This document shows positions 49,386-59,206 of a stretch of 64,000 bases of DNA, piece by piece. The notes under the pieces were generated by a model. It had not been told where the DNA came from. It did no database searches and was given only the letters and a program-made list of their open reading frames with translations. The DNA comes from Myxococcota bacterium (GTDB lineage Bacteria > Myxococcota_A > UBA9160 > UBA6930): positions 832,001 through 896,000 of the forward strand of contig OZ245015.1 in assembly GCA_965223705.1 (NCBI GenBank). The letters are read 5' to 3'. A program made the position numbers and the translations under genes. Each line of letters opens with the position of its first letter. Position 1 is the first letter of the stretch.

Positions 49386-50891
49386 CTAGACGGTGTTCCG
49401 AATCGGGGCGAACGAGATCAGACTGTCCAAATTCGCGCCGAGTCCGTGGGTGGGAAACAGCGTCGCGAACTCGCCCGTCCGATTCTGAAGCGCCAAGTAG
49501 TTCAGAACAATCGTCTCAGCCAAAAGGTCGACGTTGTTGGACGCCGGGGTTGCGCCGGTTTCGACGGACCCGTTCATTCGGTAGTGGCCAATCTGCTGCT
49601 GACCGGGAGCCGTTAGCTGCGGCCGACCCGCCGGGTCGTGAACGAAGAAGAACACGCCCGACGTTCCGGCGTTGTCGCCGCGCCAGGTGAACTTGCCTCG
49701 ACCCGCCTGACTGTTGTCGACCTCACCGTCTGAGAACACGGAACCGTCGGTGAAGACGTAGAGCATCAACTGCTGATTCAGGCGCGCCGCGTACTCGAGC
49801 ACGGCGCCCATCGCTTGACCGGCCTCGAAGTCGCGGATTTCGCCGGTCGCCCGGGTTCCGTTGTGGTAGTCGTAACCGCCGAATTGAATTGTACCCGCGC
49901 CAGCAAAGTCGCCGACCACGAGCTTCATCACCGAGGCTGTGCTCTCGAACTTGTTGTTATTGAGCTCAGCAGCAGTGAAGATGCTGTTGGCATCCCCGAC
50001 GATATTGAGATCCGCTAGCGGGTCGAGCAACGTCGGATTGCCGAAATTCGCGACCACGTCGGTCGTCTCGGTGTAGTTGCAGCCGATCAGATCGAGCAAC
50101 ATCTGCTCTTCCGTCATTTTCGACGTCTTCAGCGCCGAGATGGCTTCCGCCGCGCCCATCACGGCAGCCGCGTCGGCTTGGTCGAGCAGCTCGATCAGCT
50201 TCCCGGTGTCGACCAGCGCCGTCGCGTCGCTCGGACGATCGACTTTCGTCGGCCGCACCGCAGGATCGATCATCGACATCGGCGCACGGGAGCGCCCGCC
50301 GGATTCGCTGTTTTCCGTTCCGATCAAGGGAACGAGGCTGCCTCCCGCGCCGGCTCGATTGATGCCGTACATCGGGTTGTGCGGGTTGTTTCCCGTGTCG
50401 TTGTCCGATCTCGCGGCGATCAACGCGCCGTTCGTGTTGGCCAGCGTCGCCGGACTCGCCTTGTCCATGATGCCCAACAAGAACGGGCTATCGATGTGGA
50501 ACGGTAGTCCCAACGTTGTGCTGTCGATCTGGCCCGCGAGGTTCGGAGTTTGATCCGGTGGGAGACCCTGCAGCTGGTAACCGTCGACGCTCAGGAAATC
50601 CGTGGCACCTCCCATGCCGCCGCCGATGACGTTGGAGCCGACCATGTTGGCCCCACCACCGAGGTCGAAGCAGATGAACGGGATGTTGCCGTTGCCCACG
50701 CCGGACACGTTGCACTGAGCCGCCTGCGCCCGCGCCGCACGACCCTTGAAAAGGCCCAACAGGGAAGGCGAGGCGATCATGGCGGCACCCGACAGGAAGC
50801 CTTGCCCGAGAAATTCCCGGCGCGTTCGGGGCTTCGGATGATTTTCCAGCCGCAGGGGCGCGTTCGAATCGAGAAGCGGTTTTTTCGTCAT
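49386..50891 (-). CDS. Tat-exported protein of unknown function, DUF1501-like
   Basis: TRREFL twin-arginine signal ending ARA-Q; ICFDLGGGAN and GGYDYH resemble DUF1501 motifs (similarity by eye). Confidence 0.75.
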   Translation of the reverse strand: MTKKPLLDSNAPLRLENHPKPRTRREFLGQGFLSGAAMIASPSLLGLFKGRAARAQAAQCNVSGVGNGNIPFICFDLGGGANMVGSNVIGGGMGGATDFLSVDGYQLQGLPPDQTPNLAGQIDSTTLGLPFHIDSPFLLGIMDKASPATLANTNGALIAARSDNDTGNNPHNPMYGINRAGAGGSLVPLIGTENSESGGRSRAPMSMIDPAVRPTKVDRPSDATALVDTGKLIELLDQADAAAVMGAAEAISALKTSKMTEEQMLLDLIGCNYTETTDVVANFGNPTLLDPLADLNIVGDANSIFTAAELNNNKFESTASVMKLVVGDFAGAGTIQFGGYDYHNGTRATGEIRDFEAGQAMGAVLEYAARLNQQLMLYVFTDGSVFSDGEVDNSQAGRGKFTWRGDNAGTSGVFFFVHDPAGRPQLTAPGQQQIGHYRMNGSVETGATPASNNVDLLAETIVLNYLALQNRTGEFATLFPTHGLGANLDSLISFAPIRNTV

Positions 50892-50911
50892 GTTGAGTCC
50901 CCTTACTCCAG

Positions 50912-53071
50912 CTAGTGGACGCTCACAGCAGCGCTCGAGAGCACGGCTGAGCAGGCGGCCTTGACCACGGTTTCGGTACGTTCGGCGTCACACACTTCGG
51001 TCTGGCAGATGGCTGTGAGATCATCGATCAACGTGTTGATGATCGGTGAGACCTCGGCCATCGTCGGCTGGTTCGCGACGTTCGTCCCGATCATTCCATT
51101 TACCAGGGACGTCACGATGATGTTCCGCCCGTTGGCGTCAAACGCCGTCGCCGGAGCTTGATCGAACTGGAAGTTCGGAAAGAGAGCGTCCCGAATCGCT
51201 GGGGTTTCCACAGCGAGCTCGCAGTATTCGAGCGAGAGTTTCGCAATGGACACCTGGTGCGCCGCCGCGAATGATCGCAGATCAAACGAGACCGGTAGCG
51301 CCTGAGTCAGTTCCTCGAACGTGTTCGCGATGGCGGGGGTTGTCGCGTCGACACCGGTGAGTGCCGACATCGTGTCGTTGACGCGAGCGAAGTCGCGCAC
51401 ACCTTCGTTCGGGAAGACCTGGATCTCACCGACGAGCACCGGGGTCGGTCCGGTCGGGCTGTTGTCCGGATCGGGATCGGTGTAGTCGCCCAACGTCTCG
51501 AAATCGAGAGTAAAGACGTCCGTATCCAGGTCGACCATCTGGATGATCGAGCAAGTCGATGAAATCGTCTGACCTGACGACGTCACGGTGGCGTCGAGCG
51601 TTTGGAATGCCTGTCCGGAGACCGGGATAGTCCCATTGACGGCAATTTGCAGGTTCTGCACGCGGAGCCCCGGCGTGCTGGTCACGACCTTCGGGTCACA
51701 GAACAAATAACTGAACTCATCCAGCTGCTCGACGCGGAACTCGAGGTAGCTTCCCGCGCTGGCGTAGGAGCTGATGTCAAACCGCAAGACGAGCTTCTTG
51801 CCGACCCCTGCTGTGTAGTTCTGCGCAATCTGCGCGTCGGTCAGCGCGTATTTGTATACCGCGAGAAGTTGAATGCGCCCCATCCACTGGCGGTCGACAT
51901 TCGTCTCATCTCCGATGACAAACTGATAGTTCGGGTCCCAATTCCAAAGACGTCCGACTTCCTCGGCGAGGTCCGAGTCACCGGTGAATACGCCGTCGAC
52001 GTAGATTCGTCGCCCACGGTATTGGTCGTAAGTGAGAACGATGTGCTGAAGCGTCGCTTGGAGGTCTTCTTCAGCATCGGGCGTCTCGAGCGCGGGGCTC
52101 CCGTTGTCGTCGATCGCATTCGACAGGTTTCGGTTCCGATACACGATGTTGTAGTTGTTTTGGCCGAGCATGAAGTTTCGCAGCTGCGGCCCGTTCGAAT
52201 ACGTCACGATACGCGCGGGTCCCGTCTGATCCACATTGTCGGGGATTACCCAAGCTTCAACGGTGAACTGCTGGGTGCCGTTGGTCGGATCCGCGATGTG
52301 GTCGTAGAGTTTGCGGCTCGTGGTAGGCGTCGCCGCGGCCCGTCCGTCCATGATGTTGAGGCCCCAGTTGGTCATCCACGTCACGCCGTCGACGGGAGCG
52401 TCAATCATCAGATCCATCGCCGGGGCGACGTTCGAGACGTCTCGAACGACGGTCGACCCCTCGCCTTCCTTGAACGTGTAGTAGGCGATGGCGTTCTCCA
52501 TATAACGGAGGTTTCCCGAATCCTCGGTTCCGTCGTCGAGCGTCAGAGAGTTGCTCGTAATGCCATTGACTTGCGTTCCACCGGAGCCGAACTGGATCAG
52601 ACTCGCCCAGGCCTCGATCGCGGCCTGCATCGTGGCGCCGTCAGTGATGCAGTCGCTCCAGCAGTAGTGGAGATCCGCAACCAGACGCCGTACGAGGCGC
52701 GACGCTCCGGGGTCCGAAAAGTTGACTTTCTGATTGTCGACGACCGCGTTGAAGCCCGTCGTCATGTCGGGGTGCGCGATGTGCGGCGTGCCGGGTCCCG
52801 CGCCCGCGTGACAGGTCGTGCAGTTGGTCGTGAGAAGCGGCTGAACCGTCGAGCCGAACGCTTGGATCTGCTCGGCGAGGGAGACGCCGGCGCTTCCAGA
52901 CCCCGGCGTCGAGTTCAACGAACCCGACACAGAGGAACCCGCGACGCCTCCGTCGCCACCGCCGCCCGAGCTACCGCAGGCGGCGGCCAGCCCACCGACG
53001 GCGGCTAGGCCAACGAGTAGCGGGATACGAGAAGCGAGTCTACGCAATCGATCTGCGAGAGAAATGGTCAT
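50912..53071 (-). CDS. Lipoprotein with a c-type heme domain, a LamG/ConA-like domain and a helical C-terminal domain
   Basis: AAAC lipobox, CTTCH, LamG hallmarks FTVEAWV.P, HIVLTYD, IYVDG, IGDE; GGAG SD before ATG 53071. Confidence 0.82.
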   Translation of the reverse strand: MTISLADRLRRLASRIPLLVGLAAVGGLAAACGSSGGGGDGGVAGSSVSGSLNSTPGSGSAGVSLAEQIQAFGSTVQPLLTTNCTTCHAGAGPGTPHIAHPDMTTGFNAVVDNQKVNFSDPGASRLVRRLVADLHYCWSDCITDGATMQAAIEAWASLIQFGSGGTQVNGITSNSLTLDDGTEDSGNLRYMENAIAYYTFKEGEGSTVVRDVSNVAPAMDLMIDAPVDGVTWMTNWGLNIMDGRAAATPTTSRKLYDHIADPTNGTQQFTVEAWVIPDNVDQTGPARIVTYSNGPQLRNFMLGQNNYNIVYRNRNLSNAIDDNGSPALETPDAEEDLQATLQHIVLTYDQYRGRRIYVDGVFTGDSDLAEEVGRLWNWDPNYQFVIGDETNVDRQWMGRIQLLAVYKYALTDAQIAQNYTAGVGKKLVLRFDISSYASAGSYLEFRVEQLDEFSYLFCDPKVVTSTPGLRVQNLQIAVNGTIPVSGQAFQTLDATVTSSGQTISSTCSIIQMVDLDTDVFTLDFETLGDYTDPDPDNSPTGPTPVLVGEIQVFPNEGVRDFARVNDTMSALTGVDATTPAIANTFEELTQALPVSFDLRSFAAAHQVSIAKLSLEYCELAVETPAIRDALFPNFQFDQAPATAFDANGRNIIVTSLVNGMIGTNVANQPTMAEVSPIINTLIDDLTAICQTEVCDAERTETVVKAACSAVLSSAAVSVH

Positions 53072-53123
53072 GGTTCTTCTCCGAGCGGGGGGACGCATGA
53101 ACGAAGTGGCGAGTGGAGCCTGA

Positions 53124-54317
53124 CTAGTTGCCCATGCAGTAGGTTGCGGTCTCGGCGAAGACCCGTTTCATGCTGTAGGCGTTCTGTTCGAACACGTCCG
53201 CGATTCGGTTGACCTCAGTGATCTCGTCGGAGGTCTGAGGCTCCCGGAAGCACACCTGCTCGAACACCTTCTGAACCTGACACAGGGAAAATGCGCGACT
53301 CGAAGCGATCTCCACGCCCAGGCTCTTTGCGCCGAAGCCCGAAGGCTCGGGCCCACGCCAACCGAGGATCGCGTTGGGTCCCTCACGCCAGCGGTTTTCC
53401 CATCGGTTGTCCTGCGTCACGTAACCCGGAGGGAACGCGTTCGCGTTGATGAGGTGCTTCGGTTGAACCATGCCGCGCGTGTGGATGACGCGTTGCAGAT
53501 CCGCGTCCCACTCAAAATACGCGAAGGCGCCCGCCAAGGGGTCCATCCCGCTGTGGCAACCGCTGCACTGGTTGTGAAACAGCTGGCTGTCCCCGCCGGG
53601 GCTCCGACTGACGTCTTGGCGGATCCAATCCACGGATCGCGTGATGTCCTTGAGCTCTTCGAGGTCGCGGCACAAGTAATTGACTGCAATGAAGCGCAAC
53701 ATGCGCCGGTTCGTGCCGGCACTGAAGAACGCTTCCCCCGCGCCGCGCGTCGTGATGACACCGGCCGTCTCCGAACTCATCAGCTGGCTTCCGGGAAGAC
53801 TCGATTGCGCCACCGGGACGAGCATCGCCGGGTCGCCGAGGTCGACGCGCTGATCCTCGAGCTGTCGGTAGTGCAGGTTGTCCGTATGGGAGTAGGGCGC
53901 GTTGACGACACCGGGTGCTCCGACGTAGACGACGTCTGCCGACAGCACGTCCGTGAAAGGCACATCGTCACGGATGAGGCCGATCACTGTCGCCGTGTAG
54001 TCCGTGAGCTCGCCGAAGACCGAGCGCTCTTCGTTTGTCCAAGGCGTCACAAAATTCTTCAGTGCGCCGCGGTAGAAGTCCGGGTCGCTCATCGCGATAT
54101 CCGCGGCTTGGAGAGGCTGGTTCGTGATAAGGCCTGCCATCGCCGTGAGCGTCGCCTCGCTCGGCGGAGTTCCCACCAAACGGTCGTGCATTTTCTTCGC
54201 TTGCTCGCGCGGCCCGGCGAACGAAGCTGTCGCGAGGCCAGCGAACGCCACCATCGCCACAATCCAAGGTTTGGATCGATGGATCATCTTGAAGTTACCC
54301 ACGCCTAGGCCTCCCAT
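53124..54317 (-). CDS. Exported protein with a CxxCH motif, DUF1588/DUF1585-like
   Basis: Signal peptide ending SFA; CSGCHSGMDPL. Start is ATG 54317, GTG 54302 or ATG 54287; the ORF-track start 54638 looks non-coding. Confidence 0.78.
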   Translation of the reverse strand: MGGLGVGNFKMIHRSKPWIVAMVAFAGLATASFAGPREQAKKMHDRLVGTPPSEATLTAMAGLITNQPLQAADIAMSDPDFYRGALKNFVTPWTNEERSVFGELTDYTATVIGLIRDDVPFTDVLSADVVYVGAPGVVNAPYSHTDNLHYRQLEDQRVDLGDPAMLVPVAQSSLPGSQLMSSETAGVITTRGAGEAFFSAGTNRRMLRFIAVNYLCRDLEELKDITRSVDWIRQDVSRSPGGDSQLFHNQCSGCHSGMDPLAGAFAYFEWDADLQRVIHTRGMVQPKHLINANAFPPGYVTQDNRWENRWREGPNAILGWRGPEPSGFGAKSLGVEIASSRAFSLCQVQKVFEQVCFREPQTSDEITEVNRIADVFEQNAYSMKRVFAETATYCMGN

Positions 54318-54411
54318 GATCTGACCTCTTGTCAGAGGAGTCGCTTTCCCAACGCGGCGGACACAGGAGACAACATCGGACGCGCTGTTTTCGCCGCGCG
54401 TGGCAGCGCTC

Positions 54412-54484
54412 ACCGCAGTTCCACAGCAAACGACCGCAGTTCGTAGGACGGGCGCACCGCAAGGAACGGCAATCCGTAGGACGG
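54412..54484. repeat. Short direct repeats in the divergent promoter region
   Basis: ACCGCAGTTC at 54412 and 54433; CGTAGGACGG at 54442 and 54475. Confidence 0.6.
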
Positions 54485-54680
54485 TGTTCCGCATGCGTCG
54501 ACACCACGTGCGGAGTTGACTCGAGAAATCCCGCATTGCGTCCGGGGCAAACCTTGTCGCAGGCACATATCCCACGGGGTCGAAGACGGAGAACTTCTTC
54601 CGAACAGCTAGGGAAGCCGGAACCGCCCCTCTTCGCATACGCGTGTGCGGAGCGGTGTTCCTATATAGGGAAGGCTTCTC

Positions 54681-56909
54681 ATGCCGAAGCGATGGTTGGC
54701 ATTCTTCCTTCTGATAGGCGCTTTCAGCGTATTGCTAGCGAGCCCCTCACAGAGTGGTGAAACCGCGAGCCTCCACGAGGGAGCGGTTCACGAAGGACAG
54801 CCGACCGTCCGCGCGCAGCTCGTTGTGCATCCCGACGACGATTCCGGCCATCGGATCGGTGTCCTGTTCGACATCGCTCCGGGCTGGCACATTTACTGGA
54901 AGAATCCAGGTGAGTCGGGCCTCGCAACCGAAGTGGATTTCACCGTCGCAGGGGCGACGGTCGCGCCGCTCCTCTGGCCGACCCCGGAGCGGTTCGCAGA
55001 CGCCGGCACGAACTTCGATACGTATGGCTACACGGGGAGCGTGCTGCTCCACAGCGTGGCACTTCCCGAAGATGCGGGCTTCGTCCCGACGACCGTGGCG
55101 GCGGAAGTCGCTCTCGTTTCGTGTAAGGACGCCTGTATTCCCGATCAGTTCACCTTGAGTGGTGACGTCACGACTCTACGGGCAGCGGACCCGGACGCCG
55201 TTCGCGGCGTCTTTGCACGCGCGAGCTCTTCGCTGCCTCTCGCCCCGAAAGTCGCCGGCGTGCGCGTCGAGCCTTGGATGTCCCGCGACGGGGTTCGCCC
55301 GAGCGAACGCGTCGATCTCGGTTGGGCGATCTATCCGATGGACCCGTCGGAGGCTCTCGACGCCCAACTCGACGCGGTCGGATTCTTTCCGGAGAAAGTG
55401 TCGGGGCTAAAGCTCGAAGAGATCCGAGTCGCGCCTCATCCGGCCTCGTCGGGAGCCCTGTGGGTTTCGGCGAAGATGCTGGCCTCCACGAAGCCGCTCA
55501 CCGAGATGCAGCTCCTTCGCGGCGTTCTAAAGCTCGATGAGAAACGCTCTATCGCGGTCGAGTTGCCCGTCTCACGAGTCGGCCCGGAGGTCGCGACGAG
55601 CGCATTGGCGTCGCCCTGGACGACGAGCGCGAATCCCGAAAGCGGCGGTGCGTCGTGGGTGTGGATGCTGCTTTTCGCTTTCGTCGGTGGATTGGTCTTG
55701 AACCTCATGCCCTGCGTCTTGCCCATCCTCGCGCTGAAATCGTTCGCGGTCATGGAGATCGCCCAGGCGCGCCGCGGCGAAGCGTTGCGCCAGGGAGCCG
55801 CCTACACCGCGGGGATCCTCGGCTCCATGTTGCTACTCGCGTTCGCCGTCGTCGCGCTGCGACAAGCGGGGACCGCCGTCGGCTGGGGCTTCCAACTGCA
55901 GGAACCCGTGTTTCTCCTCACCGTGAGCGCGTTGTTGTTGCTCTTCGCCTTGAATCTCTTCGGCGTGTTCGAAGTCGGTTCCCCTTCGGCGCTGGCGAGT
56001 GTCGGTGCCGAAAAGAGCGGGGCGACACGGAGCTTTTTCGAGGGGTTCCTGGCCGTCGCTCTCGCGACGCCCTGTTCGGCCCCGTTCCTCGGGACCGCCG
56101 TCGGCTTCGCGTTCACCACCGGAAACGCGGCGACGATATCTGTGTTCCTGTGCGTCGGTTTGGGACTGGCCGCGCCGTTCATGGCGATTTCCGCGCTGCC
56201 GAACCTGTCCCGCCTGCTCCCGAAGCCCGGCCCATGGATGGTCCACCTTCGGACGTTCCTCGGATTCTGCCTGCTCGGTTCGGTGGTGTGGTTGTTGTGG
56301 GTTCTCGGCCAGGTGACAGCGGTCGATGCAGCACCGCAAGCGCTCGTCTGGTTGCTGCTGTTGTCCGTCTGCGCCTGGTTCTACGGACTCGGTCAAAAGG
56401 CCGATACCGGTCGGATGCGACCCGCCTTGATTGCGTTGGCGATCGGAGCCTTTGTCGCCGGCCCCGGCTTGATTCGCGCAGAACGGAGTGATCCCAGCGA
56501 GGCCAGGGTGCACGCATCCTCCGACGAAGCGCGCGATGTCGCCTACACACCCGAACGGCTAGCGGAGGGGCTCGCATCGGGTCGTCCGGTGTTCGTCTAC
56601 TTTACGGCGGACTGGTGCGTGACGTGCAAGGTGAACGAGCGGCGCGTTCTTTCGACAGATCGGGTGCGCGCCGCCTTCGCAGAAGGTGACTACCGCGTTC
56701 TGCGGGCCGACATGACGCGGCGTGATCCCGAACTGGTCGCGACGCTCGCTCGCTACGGTCGGGCTGGCGTGCCGCTCTATCTCCTGTTCCGGCCCGAAAG
56801 CCGCGATGAGCCGACGATTCTTCCCGAGCTCCTCCGCCAAGACGATGTCTTGGCGGAGTTGCGCGCAACTCGCGTCACAACTGCTTCCGACGTGCCGACC
56901 CGACTCTAG
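54681..56909 (+). CDS. dsbD: DsbD-family protein-disulfide reductase
   Basis: GWHIYWKNPG and SCKDACIP (N-domain), LMPCVLP and TPCSAP (TM Cys pair), TADWCVTC (thioredoxin domain). Confidence 0.92.
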   Translation: MPKRWLAFFLLIGAFSVLLASPSQSGETASLHEGAVHEGQPTVRAQLVVHPDDDSGHRIGVLFDIAPGWHIYWKNPGESGLATEVDFTVAGATVAPLLWPTPERFADAGTNFDTYGYTGSVLLHSVALPEDAGFVPTTVAAEVALVSCKDACIPDQFTLSGDVTTLRAADPDAVRGVFARASSSLPLAPKVAGVRVEPWMSRDGVRPSERVDLGWAIYPMDPSEALDAQLDAVGFFPEKVSGLKLEEIRVAPHPASSGALWVSAKMLASTKPLTEMQLLRGVLKLDEKRSIAVELPVSRVGPEVATSALASPWTTSANPESGGASWVWMLLFAFVGGLVLNLMPCVLPILALKSFAVMEIAQARRGEALRQGAAYTAGILGSMLLLAFAVVALRQAGTAVGWGFQLQEPVFLLTVSALLLLFALNLFGVFEVGSPSALASVGAEKSGATRSFFEGFLAVALATPCSAPFLGTAVGFAFTTGNAATISVFLCVGLGLAAPFMAISALPNLSRLLPKPGPWMVHLRTFLGFCLLGSVVWLLWVLGQVTAVDAAPQALVWLLLLSVCAWFYGLGQKADTGRMRPALIALAIGAFVAGPGLIRAERSDPSEARVHASSDEARDVAYTPERLAEGLASGRPVFVYFTADWCVTCKVNERRVLSTDRVRAAFAEGDYRVLRADMTRRDPELVATLARYGRAGVPLYLLFRPESRDEPTILPELLRQDDVLAELRATRVTTASDVPTRL

Positions 56910-57013
56910 TTCGGGGGGATTGGCCCGCAACGAGTCGTCGATCCGTGAGCGCGATCACGCGCTCTCCGCGCGCCCGATCGATACATCAAACACCCTGTAG
57001 TTCGGAGCGTTTC

Positions 57014-57616
57014 ATGACACCCGGATCCCGCCGCGCCCTCGTGCGCTCGTTCGTGTTCTGTTCGACGATGGCTTTCTTCCTCTCCGTGAGTGGCGGTTCA
57101 TTCGCCATAGATCGAGGTCGGCCGGCGCCGAAGTTCACCGGCCCGTCACTCGACGGGAGCGGAAAGCTCTCGCTCAAGCAATATCAAGGACGGGTCGTCT
57201 ACGTCGATTTCTGGGCGTCCTGGTGTCCTCCCTGCTTGAAGTCCCTGCCCGTGCTCGATGAATTCCAGAAGGAGTTCGAGGATCAGGGTTTCCAGGTTCT
57301 CGCGATCAACGTCGACAAAGACGTCGAGGCGGCACGCGAGTTCTTCGCGGAACGCGGCGCGAGCTACCCGAGCTTGTCCGACCCCAAAGGTCGGCTGCCG
57401 CGACAGTTCGGCCTCGAGACCATGCCGACGTCGTATCTCATCGATCGAGAAGGACGCGTGCACTGGATTCACGAGGGCTTCAAGAAGAAAGACGTCGAGA
57501 CGATCCGCACCGAGATCAAGGCGCTTCTCAAGAGCTCGGCTCCGCCCGAGACGTCGACCTATCCCGCCAAGCGGTCGCCGAAATCGGCGCGTCAGTTGAA
57601 GCGGGAGCAGCACTAA
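57014..57616 (+). CDS. TlpA-family thiol-disulfide reductase
   Basis: DFWASWCPPC, MPTSYLIDR.G; N-terminal signal/anchor; GGAG SD before ATG 57014. Confidence 0.92.
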   Translation: MTPGSRRALVRSFVFCSTMAFFLSVSGGSFAIDRGRPAPKFTGPSLDGSGKLSLKQYQGRVVYVDFWASWCPPCLKSLPVLDEFQKEFEDQGFQVLAINVDKDVEAAREFFAERGASYPSLSDPKGRLPRQFGLETMPTSYLIDREGRVHWIHEGFKKKDVETIRTEIKALLKSSAPPETSTYPAKRSPKSARQLKREQH

Positions 57617-57849
57617 TGAAGCGCTTCGCCGTCATGTCTCTTCTCGCGTGTACGACGTTTGCGCTCGCCGCCTGTCAGGCTCCGAAAATCGGAGGCGTCA
57701 AACCCTGGGAGCGCGACATCCTCGCGAAACCCGATATGGCGTGGGATCCCGATCCCCAAGAAGCCGCTCTCCGGTCCCACATCTTCTTCAGCAAAGAGGC
57801 CGCGACCGGCGGCAGCGGTGCGGGTGGGGGCGGATGCGGCTGTAACTAG
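57616..57849 (+). CDS. DUF4266-family small lipoprotein
   Basis: LAAC lipobox, VKPWER..LA, H...SKE, C-terminal GGGCGCN. Confidence 0.88.
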   Translation: MKRFAVMSLLACTTFALAACQAPKIGGVKPWERDILAKPDMAWDPDPQEAALRSHIFFSKEAATGGSGAGGGGCGCN

Positions 57850-57900
57850 TCCGCCGGAAAGCGTCTCGACCCCAAAGCCCTCGCAAGACGGAGCCCCCTC

Positions 57901-59205
57901 ATGAGCCAGGCACGCAGCCTACGTCGATTGGCACTGCGCCGCGATAAGAAACGAAACCGCAAGGGACACTCAGTCCCCAAGCCTCGGAGTTCGGCGCCCG
58001 AAAAGCATCGCCGTTCGTTGGCCGCGCTCACCGCTGGCGCACTCGCACTGCCGGGCCTCGCGGGACCGGCGGGCGCCGACGCACCGTCCGAACGGCCCAG
58101 CGCGAGCTACCGCTTCTCGACGTACCAGGAGGACAAGATCGATTCTTCGAACTTGGCCCCGGGAAGCGAGGACGAGCGCTACGAAATCGATACGCACCAA
58201 TTGCGGTTTTCTTCTCCGCTGAGTTCCAAGATCGATTTCTCACTCGATGTCGTGCACGAAACCATGAGCGGCGCTTCGCCGTGGTTCGTCCAGGAGGGGC
58301 CGAACGGTGAAGCCCTCCAGGTCATGAGCGGTGCGACGATCGACGAAGAGCGAACGGATTTCCTCGGAAAGCTGAACTACTTCCTCGACAACGGTCGCGT
58401 CTCGTTTCTCGGGGGTGTATCCGATGAAAAGGACTACCAATCGCTGAACGGCGGGCTCGAATGGGAACGTCATTTCAACGAAAAGAATACGACGCTGACC
58501 ACCGGTGTCGGTCTTTCGTTCGACGAGATCGAGCCCACGGATGCCGACCTCTTTGCGACGCGCGTTTCCAGCGAGGACAAAGAGAGCTACTCGGCGTTTA
58601 TCACGTTGTCGCAGATCTTGAACCGCCACTCCGCGATTCAGTCGACCCTGTCCTACCAGAACAGCAATGGCTTCTTATCCGACCCGTACAAGCTGATCTC
58701 TGTAGGCGGCGTGAACCTCGCGGATTCGAGGCCCGACGATCGCAACATGCTGGCGTGGTTGACACGCTATCGGCGCCACTTCGAGAAACTCGACGGTTCG
58801 TTCCACGCCGACTATCGGTTCTACATCGACGATTGGGATATCAATTCGCACACCGTCGAGTTGGCCTGGTACCAGAACCTATTTCGAACGATCAAACTCG
58901 TCCCGAACGCGCGCTACTACAGCCAGAGTGAAGCCGACTTCTACGCGCCATTCCTCTCGGTCTTGCCGAGTGACGGCTACGCTTCGAGCGATTATCGGTT
59001 GTCGCCGTACGGCGCGATTTCGTACGGAATCCGCGCCGAAACGACCTTCCGCGGGTTGTTCGGCGGTCGGCAGGATTGGACGGCCATCCTGTCGTTCGAT
59101 CGATACGACGCCGACGCCGACTACTCGATCCAGAGCGTTGGCACGGAAGCGCCGGGACTGGTGCAGTTCAACGTTCTCTCCTTCCGGATCAAGGCCGACT
59201 TCTAG
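57901..59205 (+). CDS. DUF3570-family outer-membrane beta-barrel with flavinylation motifs
   Basis: Y.E start, two MSGA[S/T] motifs, E.DY.S, G.L.DPYK, RPD.R, Y.DDW.I.SHT, SSDYRLS; alternating beta pattern; terminal Phe; typical position after DUF4266. Confidence 0.85.
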   Translation: MSQARSLRRLALRRDKKRNRKGHSVPKPRSSAPEKHRRSLAALTAGALALPGLAGPAGADAPSERPSASYRFSTYQEDKIDSSNLAPGSEDERYEIDTHQLRFSSPLSSKIDFSLDVVHETMSGASPWFVQEGPNGEALQVMSGATIDEERTDFLGKLNYFLDNGRVSFLGGVSDEKDYQSLNGGLEWERHFNEKNTTLTTGVGLSFDEIEPTDADLFATRVSSEDKESYSAFITLSQILNRHSAIQSTLSYQNSNGFLSDPYKLISVGGVNLADSRPDDRNMLAWLTRYRRHFEKLDGSFHADYRFYIDDWDINSHTVELAWYQNLFRTIKLVPNARYYSQSEADFYAPFLSVLPSDGYASSDYRLSPYGAISYGIRAETTFRGLFGGRQDWTAILSFDRYDADADYSIQSVGTEAPGLVQFNVLSFRIKADF

Positions 59206-59206
59206 G

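Noticed and set aside
49386..50891. Calling this protein a T2SS GspF because a secretin is nearby (homologues may carry that label)
   Set aside because: It has a Tat signal and no multi-TM GspF/PilC architecture.
56011..56030. SGAT in DsbD as another flavinylation site
   Set aside because: No upstream Asp, and it lies in a loop of the TM domain. Short motifs like this occur by chance.
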